From a virus, in the IMG/VR virus record IMGVR_UViG_3300030451_003374, positions 32,001-96,000 of that record: a stretch of 64,000 nucleotides of DNA. The stretch is one strand, 5' to 3'. Positions 52,875 to 60,718 of this stretch are shown here, piece after piece (within the stretch, counting starts at the first letter, position 1; each line of letters opens with the position of its first letter). Under the pieces are notes generated by a model. It was not told the origin of the DNA. It saw nothing but the letters and a program-made list of their open reading frames with translations, and did no database searches. A program made the translations under genes and the position numbers.

Positions 52875-53725
52875 GTACATCAGTACTATCCGTCCTTAGT
52901 CTTTTTACCATAACTACCCCAGTCTTAGCAAACACAGACGTGGGGGGAGTTTCTGCTACCGCTAATCCAGTCGCCAACTCTTCAGGCTCAGTAACCAATC
53001 AAGCTATACAGGTATTACAAGGACCTTATATTACCAACACTTATAGTAATGGTATACAGTGTCAAGGTGCTACCATGAACCTTACTCCGTTCTTCACTGG
53101 GAGTCTCAGCGAGCAGCATCCTTACGAAGATTATTGGATGGATCCAGTGTACAACATGCTAGACGCCAATGATGACGGTGTACCCGATAATCCAGGTGAA
53201 ATTTTATTTTATAAACCAACAAGAACAGGTCAGAAGAACAACCAGAATATATCAATAGGTATCAGTGGTACTATAAGTTGGCCACTTGATAAGAAATTGA
53301 CTCAGTTATGTAAAGAGGCAGCAACACAGCAGATAGCATTCATCGAGCAGACAAATGCCAACAAGAGATTGGACTTTGAGATCGCTCGTTTAAAAAATTG
53401 TGGAGAACTAATGAAGGCTGGAATTATGTTCCATCCAAAGTCTCCTTACTACTCTGTATGTGCTGATGTTGTATTGGTAAACCCACCAAATACATTACCA
53501 AATCACACTCACTCTATCCCTTCGTCTTCTTATTCTTTTTCGGAACCTTCAAAGGAGGTAGACCCCTCTTCTCCCGATACTTATTTGATCTCACCTCCTG
53601 AGGAGACAAAGTCCGATGACGTCCCAGTTTCTTCTTCACAGTATCAGTTGCCTTCTTTATTAGAGGTTTCACAGCCCTCAGAATCAAATCCGCTAGGGGT
53701 TTTGCAAATAGGGCAGACGCAGTAG
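52703..53725 (+). CDS. Conserved cyanophage secreted protein (start uncertain)
   Basis: Hydrophobic ..LSVLSLFTITTPVLA then DVGGVSATANPVANSSGSVTNQAIQVLQGP..CQG..C..RLDFEIARLKNCGEL..C.DV. Confidence 0.75.
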   Translation: MDWFRLRTKTKLDTAKRRTIVPIHGALQWPRLTDTDNNTKNNNNTKRHRYNLNLQSISTSVLSVLSLFTITTPVLANTDVGGVSATANPVANSSGSVTNQAIQVLQGPYITNTYSNGIQCQGATMNLTPFFTGSLSEQHPYEDYWMDPVYNMLDANDDGVPDNPGEILFYKPTRTGQKNNQNISIGISGTISWPLDKKLTQLCKEAATQQIAFIEQTNANKRLDFEIARLKNCGELMKAGIMFHPKSPYYSVCADVVLVNPPNTLPNHTHSIPSSSYSFSEPSKEVDPSSPDTYLISPPEETKSDDVPVSSSQYQLPSLLEVSQPSESNPLGVLQIGQTQ

Positions 53726-54314
53726 CAACTGTTGCTATGACTGCTGTGGTAGTAACCACGTTTGTTGATGGTAAAAATTTTTCAACAGCAGTAGTAGGTT
53801 CATATAATACTACACAGGTCGTGCCTTGGAGTTCATGACCTATAACCTTCTCATCTCCACTCGCAGTTAAATCACCGACTCTTGGTTGACCTGGTGCAGG
53901 ACATGGTTGTTCCTCTGTACCTAGATCAGTAGTCTCAGGAACCTCTGGTGCACCTGGTGGTTCTGGTGGTGGTTGTACATTTGGTGGTGGTGCTTCTGTC
54001 GTTATTATTATATCTTCTGGTACATAGTCCATCGCATCAAAGGATGGATACTGACCGTCACATAAAACAACAGTCCCATCACTGTCATCCGTGACAAGTG
54101 AGGGACTTTTTCCTTCGTCTTCTGGGTGTGCTTCCACACAACCTGGTAAATCTACTATTGGTTTCCCAATGTACACTGTAACTGGGACTGTTACGTTAGG
54201 TACAGAGGGTGCATTGAATACTTTTACATCTGGCACATTGAGAACTCTGATAGGAGGTATAGTTACCTCTATCTTATTCACACTTGGAGAGTGTATGAAG
54301 TCAAGTTCTTCCAT
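53514..54314 (-). CDS. Pro-rich membrane-anchored protein
   Basis: PPPNVQPPPEPPGAPEVP linker, paired Cys motifs, C-terminal TM helix and basic tail. Confidence 0.7.
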   Translation of the reverse strand: MEELDFIHSPSVNKIEVTIPPIRVLNVPDVKVFNAPSVPNVTVPVTVYIGKPIVDLPGCVEAHPEDEGKSPSLVTDDSDGTVVLCDGQYPSFDAMDYVPEDIIITTEAPPPNVQPPPEPPGAPEVPETTDLGTEEQPCPAPGQPRVGDLTASGDEKVIGHELQGTTCVVLYEPTTAVEKFLPSTNVVTTTAVIATVATASALFAKPLADLILRAVKPLIKKATDTVKKKLGRHRTLSPQEVRSNKYREKRGLPPLKVPKKNKKTKG

Positions 54315-54471
54315 CTTCTAAGTAACAATACTCACATGCATTTGGGTGACCTATGAGTTCTGGGATGTCATGCTTTGCTTGCTGTAGTGCTTGGAAAGCA
54401 TCCTCTGCGTACTCACAGATCTCTATAACGTTGTTCATCATGTCATGATAACCTACGACATAGTGTTTCAT
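54301..54471 (-). CDS. Small conserved protein (56 aa)
   Basis: MKHYVVGYHDMMNNVIEICEYAEDAFQALQQAKHDIPELIGHPNACEYCYLEDGRT. Confidence 0.6.
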   Translation of the reverse strand: MKHYVVGYHDMMNNVIEICEYAEDAFQALQQAKHDIPELIGHPNACEYCYLEDGRT

Positions 54472-54518
54472 AGTTCTGTATTATTTACTACATTACTATG
54501 TACTATACCACAGGTATC

Positions 54519-54923
54519 TTATGATGACTTTTTATTTGGACTCGCTGATATTGTCACGGGACCCTGTTCTAACCTGATTGTTTGAGTGGGTGCTGCTTCT
54601 GCTGCTTTGGCGATGAGCATCTCCATATCCTTCTTGGTTATGTTAACACCTCCACCATTTTCACCGTTCTTTTTCTTACCACCGGTCTGGATTCCGAACG
54701 TAGCTGTAACTCCCGTAAACACCGAAGCTATGAAGGTCGGATCTATTTTGTCTTGTTCCCAACCTGGTATTGTGACGTAGTTCAATGTTAATATTGCACC
54801 GGACCACACCAGAATACCAAGGCGAACAAATGTACTAAGAATTACTAACTGTTCTTCTTTATCTTCAGCAAACTCTTGTAGTTTACCTATAGGACCTTTA
54901 GGTTTGTCCTTCTTATCTTCCAT
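54519..54923 (-). CDS. Two-TM membrane protein
   Basis: RLGILVWSGAILTLNY..DPTFIASVFTGVTATFGIQ; TATAAATA at 54945-54952 upstream. Confidence 0.7.
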   Translation of the reverse strand: MEDKKDKPKGPIGKLQEFAEDKEEQLVILSTFVRLGILVWSGAILTLNYVTIPGWEQDKIDPTFIASVFTGVTATFGIQTGGKKKNGENGGGVNITKKDMEMLIAKAAEAAPTQTIRLEQGPVTISASPNKKSS

Positions 54924-54947
54924 CTAGAAACTGCTAGGCAGTTTTAT

Positions 54948-55175
54948 TTATAGTGCTGGAGGTGTAGGTAGTGAAGGTATTGCTGGTCCTGTAGCATCAG
55001 GTAGATCAACACTAGGTAGTGACTCAGTAACGCTTCCCATCACTGCTTCAAGTGCTTTCTCTTTGACACTCTCAATGATTGCGTCTTTTCTGATGTATAC
55101 ATACCCTGCTGTACCAACGACAGCGAGTGATACTGCACCAGCGAATAGTGCTGCTGCATTAATTAGTTTTTGCAT
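54948..55175 (-). CDS. Single-TM membrane protein
   Basis: MQKLINAAALFAGAVSLAVVGTAGYVY..LP..TG pattern. Confidence 0.7.
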   Translation of the reverse strand: MQKLINAAALFAGAVSLAVVGTAGYVYIRKDAIIESVKEKALEAVMGSVTESLPSVDLPDATGPAIPSLPTPPAL

Positions 55176-55371
55176 AAGAATCCTCTGCTAATTTACGTAG
55201 GTAGTCTTGGAATGCTTCTTCTATACTTTTGTTAGAAGGGTTTCCTAGATCTACCCAAAGAGTACAGAACTCATACACTGCACGTGTATGGTCTGCTAAA
55301 TGATGTTGCAATGCTCGAAAGACTTCTGCCCTCAGTAACATTCTCTCGTCTGAGTAACGCCAGTCTTCCAT
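55159..55371 (-). CDS. Conserved cyanophage hypothetical protein
   Basis: DWRYSDERM.LR..VF..L..RAVYEFC..WV; likely start at 55371. Confidence 0.65.
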   Translation of the reverse strand: MEDWRYSDERMLLRAEVFRALQHHLADHTRAVYEFCTLWVDLGNPSNKSIEEAFQDYLRKLAEDSYAKTN

Positions 55372-55372
55372 A

Positions 55373-55702
55373 TCAGCCTTTGGACTTGATAAAGCTTTCC
55401 GCGTCCATGACAACCAGTGGTTTTTTACCATTTTTCTTCATTATAAGAATAGGTTCGTAGTCACCAGAGTTATCAATTGCTTGTTGATAAGCATCCCAAA
55501 CGTTCAACTTCTCTTGGTTCTTACATTCTATACTAAAAGGGAACTTTTGTCTAGCATCTCGTGCCATGATGAGGTCTTCACCACCAGCACCCATAGACCT
55601 AGACTCTATGTCCTCAGGATGTACTTCCCTATGTTCAATAAGTTTATCTCTCACCCACTGCTGTAGTTTCCTACCCTTTGCCTTCGCTGATTGCGGTTTC
55701 AT
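55373..55702 (-). CDS. Holliday-junction-resolvase-like PD-(D/E)XK endonuclease
   Basis: SAKAKGR.LQ..VRD..SMGAGGED..SIECKNQEKLNVW. Confidence 0.75.
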   Translation of the reverse strand: MKPQSAKAKGRKLQQWVRDKLIEHREVHPEDIESRSMGAGGEDLIMARDARQKFPFSIECKNQEKLNVWDAYQQAIDNSGDYEPILIMKKNGKKPLVVMDAESFIKSKG

Positions 55703-56298
55703 AATAATTTTTGCTCCACTATATCTATAACCTTTTTTGCTATCACTTTATTACCCTCTATTGATGGGTGGTGGCATGGCAGTAGATCTACTGGTGTACG
55801 GAAATCATAATCATATGTCATACCAAAGGATTGTCCCAAGTGTCCTAAGAAGTATGGTTTATTCAGACACTTCAAGTGTGAGGTTATAGCAGTATGATTT
55901 ATTTCCTCAAAAACTTTCTCCTGATACTTGGTGTGTATCTCTGTACTGTAGTGTTGAAAGAATTGAAGGTGTCTTTTTGACCACCCTGCACCATTATCAT
56001 TGTACCTATACCTTCTCCATCTACTGGCACTGCTATCATAATACTCTCTTCTTAAATGAAAAGTAAATTGAATAAAGAAGAAATCAAAATTCTGTAGATT
56101 GAATGTCATATTAGGAACATACTCATTCATAGTTTGTCCTGTAAAAAAGTGCCTCATGATAGTATCATTGGTGGCACCACTACTTGCTATATTAAATTCT
56201 TCAGCACCAAAGTGTTTACTTACAAGGTAACTCCATCTTTTATCTGCTGGCACTCCTTGACCAAATGTAAAGGAGCAACCATCAAAATAAAATTTCAT
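55699..56298 (-). CDS. SGNH/GDSL-like hydrolase paralog A
   Basis: MKFYFDGCSF, N.A.SGA.ND, HPSIEGN..IA. Confidence 0.65.
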   Translation of the reverse strand: MKFYFDGCSFTFGQGVPADKRWSYLVSKHFGAEEFNIASSGATNDTIMRHFFTGQTMNEYVPNMTFNLQNFDFFFIQFTFHLRREYYDSSASRWRRYRYNDNGAGWSKRHLQFFQHYSTEIHTKYQEKVFEEINHTAITSHLKCLNKPYFLGHLGQSFGMTYDYDFRTPVDLLPCHHPSIEGNKVIAKKVIDIVEQKLL

Positions 56299-56993
56299 TT
56301 ATTTTCGTACTGTAATATCTCCCAAGTATGCTTATAATCAAACACATAATAGGTAGCACCTAATTTTTTTTCTCTTATTGTCTGTGCAAGAAGGTAGTCA
56401 TTACCTCCTTTCTCCATCTTATCACCAAAGAATTTTACATCTCCATCAAAGTCTCTAAGTATCTGACTCTTATCTCTACCTTGTGGTGCTATGTCTAGTC
56501 CTGTCTCACCACCAACAGTAGCATAGAGGTCAGGAAACTCTCTATTGAATCTCCTAGCAATTTGATGTCTCTCATTCTCATCTTTATCCCATTGCTTATA
56601 TACTTCTCTCTCCTCAAAGTTAGCACCTCTACCTAAGATACTAAAGTTGACACAACCAGGTCTCCTTTCTATATGTGTACCAGTTCTGATAGTAAAATTA
56701 CTTTGCTTGAGTTCTAACATCAACCATGCATTGGCATCATGAGGTAGTTTCCAATCGTCTCTATAAACATTACGATCTCCCTCCCACACATCTGAACCAG
56801 AACAATTATATACTCTCCGTGCTCTGTTATACACATCAAGACCCACCTGATCTATAGTCTTCTGTCTATCACTACCAGTCACCAGATACACAGGGTGCTT
56901 GCATTCAAATATTATGAACCATGCCATGAAAGACAAGTCCATTTGTCTCCTAGCAGGAGTCAGTGTGCCATCAACATCAAAAATGTAGTTCAT
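56295..56993 (-). CDS. Eukaryote-type phosphomannomutase (HAD IIB)
   Basis: FDVDGTLTPAR, LVTGSD, NFSILGR, GGETGLDI, FFGDKMEKGGNDY. Confidence 0.85.
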   Translation of the reverse strand: MNYIFDVDGTLTPARRQMDLSFMAWFIIFECKHPVYLVTGSDRQKTIDQVGLDVYNRARRVYNCSGSDVWEGDRNVYRDDWKLPHDANAWLMLELKQSNFTIRTGTHIERRPGCVNFSILGRGANFEEREVYKQWDKDENERHQIARRFNREFPDLYATVGGETGLDIAPQGRDKSQILRDFDGDVKFFGDKMEKGGNDYLLAQTIREKKLGATYYVFDYKHTWEILQYENK

Positions 56994-57561
56994 TTGTCAT
57001 AAATTTTATTACATCATCAGCAATGTGACGATGACCTTTGACTGAAGGATGCCCTCCATCAGGTAGTCTAGCATATGTATGGAGAAATAGGTCATAATCT
57101 AAATCTTTATTTGCATTTTTCCATTGAGTGCACAGGAACAATGGTTTACCAAGTTCTTTACAGTATGCTCTTATAGATTTGACTGCAATCTGTTCTATAA
57201 CTCTCCCCTGTACCTCACTGTATTTGTATTTGAGATAGTCCTCTGCCCACTTGTCTTTATCTGGATGATATCTCCTCCATCTCTTTTCAATATCACAAAA
57301 GTATTCTCTTCTACGAGGGTAAGACAGTTGTATGAAGAACATATCAAACTCATGGAGAGGGATCTCTTTCTTTTTACACTTACCAGTAAATAGATGTCGC
57401 ATAGCGGTGTCAATAGGAGCACCACCAGTTGCTAAATTAGTTTCTTCTGCTCCAAAATGTTCACATACTAAGGTAGACCAACGTGATTTTCTAGGAAGAC
57501 CACATAACTCTAGTCCTCCACCATTCATCCATGAGTCACCATCAAAGTAAAACTTTTTCAT
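56977..57561 (-). CDS. SGNH/GDSL-like hydrolase paralog B
   Basis: MKKFYFDGDSW, NLATGGA, DGGHPSVKGH. Confidence 0.65.
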   Translation of the reverse strand: MKKFYFDGDSWMNGGGLELCGLPRKSRWSTLVCEHFGAEETNLATGGAPIDTAMRHLFTGKCKKKEIPLHEFDMFFIQLSYPRRREYFCDIEKRWRRYHPDKDKWAEDYLKYKYSEVQGRVIEQIAVKSIRAYCKELGKPLFLCTQWKNANKDLDYDLFLHTYARLPDGGHPSVKGHRHIADDVIKFMTNELHF

Positions 57562-58228
57562 CTATCAACTTTATAATATCATCAGCAATTTGTCTATTAC
57601 CCAGTGGTGATGGGTGTCCATCAGGTAATTTATCATACTTTGTAGTTATCTCTTCAGTCACATAGTGTTTACTTGCAGCGTTTAGATATATGTCGTAGTC
57701 CATAACAGCACTCTCTGGATTCATAAACGTAAGAGTTATATATGGTTTCTTCAGTAGTTTAAGATGTGATGTAATTGCTTTCATCATCACAGTCTCATAA
57801 ACTGCACCCTGTTTTGGGTCATATATGTCAGTCAACCAGTACTGTATCCACCTCTGCAACTCAGGATTTTTCTTTCTCTTCTCTGCTTCTTTCTTGACAC
57901 CTCTAAACTTATATCTATCCCACTTCATAGTAGTTCTATTCCAATACTCACCTCTTCTAGGTGACGTAGACTGTATAAAAAATAAATCAAAGTCGTTGAG
58001 ATCGAATCGTATAGGATTCTTCATCACATTGTGCTCTCTAAACTTCTCTCCCATAAAAAAATGTCTCAGTATGGTGTCATTAGCAGCACCACCTGATGAC
58101 AAGTTGAATTCTTCTGCACCGTAGTGATCAGAAACTAATTTTGTCCAACGATTTGCTAGGAAATCATGTCCATACTCACTCATGGCATAACCATGTGAGA
58201 AGGAGCATCCATCAAAATAAAATTTCAT
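57542..58228 (-). CDS. SGNH/GDSL-like hydrolase paralog C
   Basis: MKFYFDGCSF, NLSSGGAAND, DGHPSPLGN. Confidence 0.65.
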   Translation of the reverse strand: MKFYFDGCSFSHGYAMSEYGHDFLANRWTKLVSDHYGAEEFNLSSGGAANDTILRHFFMGEKFREHNVMKNPIRFDLNDFDLFFIQSTSPRRGEYWNRTTMKWDRYKFRGVKKEAEKRKKNPELQRWIQYWLTDIYDPKQGAVYETVMMKAITSHLKLLKKPYITLTFMNPESAVMDYDIYLNAASKHYVTEEITTKYDKLPDGHPSPLGNRQIADDIIKLIDEKVLL

Positions 58229-59067
58229 ACTATATCTATATCCTTTTTACCCCACTCTACAGGTACATCTCCAAAGACTCTTTTATAATCCACATAGCAT
58301 AAATCAAACTCCTTTCTCAACCTATCATAGTCTATAGGATTCTTTTCATTTCTCCATTGATCCCAGAACTCAGGGAACTCTTTTATGTTAGTACCTCTCT
58401 CTGGATAGTATGCATTCCTATGCATTTTTGGAATAGGATGTCCTAAGAAGTCTGACAGTTCACTAGGGTCTTCCCATATCCTTTCCATAACCATTGGTAA
58501 CACTCTCTCCTCACCAAAAACTCTAGCATACTTCTCATACACCTCACCATATAAAGCTGATCGTCTTATACCACCCTTCTTGTTGTACATTCTACTGTAT
58601 TCTGTACGTGCTTCAGACCATATCTTACGAACAGGGTCTCTGAATATCAGAGTTATCTTAACATCAAAGTGTTCAGACAACTTGTCACGTAGAAAACAAA
58701 GATATTCCTCATCTGCCACTGCCATCTTATTACAGAAGTCACCCACCGACTTGAACTCACCATCAAGATAGTCCCAATGCCTTTTATAATATTGAATATA
58801 TTTCTCTATAGATGTAGGAAGAGAAAAGAAATAGTCCTCCTCCTCTTTAGTAAATTTTATATGCTGTCTTGATGGTGCTTGAGCAGAGGGTTCTGGTGTG
58901 AGAACAAACTTCCTCTCCACATTGGTATCTTGATTCCTTAGTAACCATAACCAATGAGTCTTCTTACGATGTCCAGTGTGCAGATACTTAGTATCATCTT
59001 GTAGAGTTCGCCACAATGGACTGGTCGCAGAGTACGCAGTTCCAAAATTTAATAATAAAGGTATCAA
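58225..59067 (-). CDS. Sulfotransferase-like protein
   Basis: GTAYSATSPL (5'-PSB-like loop) and LIFRDPVRKIWS (3'-PB-like motif). Confidence 0.55.
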   Translation of the reverse strand: MIPLLLNFGTAYSATSPLWRTLQDDTKYLHTGHRKKTHWLWLLRNQDTNVERKFVLTPEPSAQAPSRQHIKFTKEEEDYFFSLPTSIEKYIQYYKRHWDYLDGEFKSVGDFCNKMAVADEEYLCFLRDKLSEHFDVKITLIFRDPVRKIWSEARTEYSRMYNKKGGIRRSALYGEVYEKYARVFGEERVLPMVMERIWEDPSELSDFLGHPIPKMHRNAYYPERGTNIKEFPEFWDQWRNEKNPIDYDRLRKEFDLCYVDYKRVFGDVPVEWGKKDIDIV

Positions 59068-59068
59068 T

Positions 59069-59452
59069 TTACACTTTAGGATAACCTTTTAGATTACAGA
59101 TTATCATATATGAACCCTTGATAGGTCCGCTAATAGCATTCGCTACAACTGCTGAGACTTCTCCTTGTATAGAGTCAACATATAATCTTTGGAATGCACC
59201 ATGTGGTGTAACCATTATGATAATACTGTCAATGTCTATCTTACCCTTCCAATCAGCAGGGAAATTTATAACCCCATTGTCTGGTATGTCACCCTTTACT
59301 CTGACTGCACCTATTACTGGTGCATGATCCCCTCGATTCTTTGCCATTGGTTGTCCCTCCTCTTGGATGTAAATTTTACCTGAATCTGTTCTATACTTAT
59401 GGTATATCTCACCCCAAATTTTTAGTTTGCGGCCATCACCTCTACCATTCAT
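59069..59452 (-). CDS. Stand-alone small beta-rich domain protein (paralog of 1920-2201)
   Basis: VRVKGDIPDNGVINFPADWKGKIDIDSIIIMVTPHGAFQRLYV. Confidence 0.65.
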   Translation of the reverse strand: MNGRGDGRKLKIWGEIYHKYRTDSGKIYIQEEGQPMAKNRGDHAPVIGAVRVKGDIPDNGVINFPADWKGKIDIDSIIIMVTPHGAFQRLYVDSIQGEVSAVVANAISGPIKGSYMIICNLKGYPKV

Positions 59453-59775
59453 TACTCAAACGCTTGAGTATTACTGTAGTTACCTGTGCTGGTGTCTATT
59501 TCTACATCGTCCTGTAGGTTAGCGATTAGAAAATACCATCCTTGAATATGAGATCCTGCTGCATTCTTTACTATTGCTTTACTTCCATATGATATAGACT
59601 CAACATATAATTCTTGATATGATTTGTAAGGAGTAAGTATAATAGAGATAGTATTAGTCTTTACTTTACCCGCCCATGCTTTTGGGAACTCTATAATACC
59701 ATCCGCAGATAGTCTACCTTTTGCTCTGACTGCTAGGTTATATGTTTTAGCTGATGAATTTAAATCTACGGACAT
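59452..59775 (-). CDS. Stand-alone small beta-rich domain protein (paralog of 1920-2201)
   Basis: VRAKGRLSADGIIEFPKAWAGKVKTNTISIILTPYKSYQELYV. Confidence 0.65.
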   Translation of the reverse strand: MSVDLNSSAKTYNLAVRAKGRLSADGIIEFPKAWAGKVKTNTISIILTPYKSYQELYVESISYGSKAIVKNAAGSHIQGWYFLIANLQDDVEIDTSTGNYSNTQAFE

Positions 59776-60431
59776 GTTATTCCTTTGAATATAGTGTTAC
59801 TATTTATTACTTTTATAACATCTTTGGCGATCTGCCTATGTCCTTCAACACTTGGGTGTCCATCAGGGAAACTGTCATACCTTGTCTTAGGAAGATTGGT
59901 AGTTTGATTAGGATCTTTGAAGTTCAAGTGGTAATCCATGCGAGATTCTTTATTTTTTATAACCGTAGACCAGAACACAGGTTTGTTCAATGCTTTTAGG
60001 TGTGAATCTATGCTCCTATATGTCACCTCTTCCTTCACTCGTCCTGCTTTATCGCTGTATATTCTCTTCAAATAGTAGTCAATCCATTCCTCTAGCACAG
60101 GGTCTTCCTTCCTGAGTTGATCTTTATAAACCTTTGCCTTGAACTTATATCTCCTCCAAATATTTTTTATATCATCAAACCACTCACTCCTAGCAGTAAT
60201 GGTAGTCTGCATAAAGAAACAGTCATAGGTTTCCAACTCATCATAATTTTTGACGAAAAAATTTCTGAGTATGGTGTCGTTAGCAGCACCACCTATGGCA
60301 AAGTTATGTTCTTCTGCATTGAAATGGTCACAGACATGGTGTGTCCATAGTAAATTCTTATAATTTTCGTGCCCAAACTTTTTGAATCCTCCACCAGCAG
60401 TGAAAGAACAACCATCAAAATAAAACTTCAC
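59766..60431 (-). CDS. SGNH/GDSL-like hydrolase paralog D (GTG start)
   Basis: KFYFDGCSF, NFAIGGAAND, DGHPSVEGH. Confidence 0.65.
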   Translation of the reverse strand: MKFYFDGCSFTAGGGFKKFGHENYKNLLWTHHVCDHFNAEEHNFAIGGAANDTILRNFFVKNYDELETYDCFFMQTTITARSEWFDDIKNIWRRYKFKAKVYKDQLRKEDPVLEEWIDYYLKRIYSDKAGRVKEEVTYRSIDSHLKALNKPVFWSTVIKNKESRMDYHLNFKDPNQTTNLPKTRYDSFPDGHPSVEGHRQIAKDVIKVINSNTIFKGITCP

Positions 60432-60718
60432 TTCTCAGCAGCATATAAAGCAAATGTAGAGGTAGTTATAACAGTCATCATGTTAGCAATATGTTGTTTA
60501 GTTTCTGAGTTACACTCTCTACCTGGCATAAGACATCCATGAATAGTAGCAGCAACTATCAGTAACTGTGTTACCACTACTACTTGTATTAGGTTTATAA
60601 TTCTACCTTTCAAACAAGGGGTTCCATCTTTATTCAAAGGTGGATCCCATCTACTCCTAGAGTTTGAATCCTGAGAACGTGTCCTTCTTGACGTCTTGTT
60701 TGATTCCTCCGACGACAT
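60428..60718 (-). CDS. Small two-TM protein (start uncertain)
   Basis: Two hydrophobic segments; the track start overlaps the nrdB end by 62 nt, TTG at 60637 is an alternative. Confidence 0.45.
   Translation of the reverse strand: MSSEESNKTSRRTRSQDSNSRSRWDPPLNKDGTPCLKGRIINLIQVVVVTQLLIVAATIHGCLMPGRECNSETKQHIANMMTVITTSTFALYAAEK

Noticed and set aside
55373-55702. Free-standing homing endonuclease
   Set aside because: No GIY-YIG, HNH or LAGLIDADG motif; matches a small resolvase-like nuclease that is commonly present in these phages
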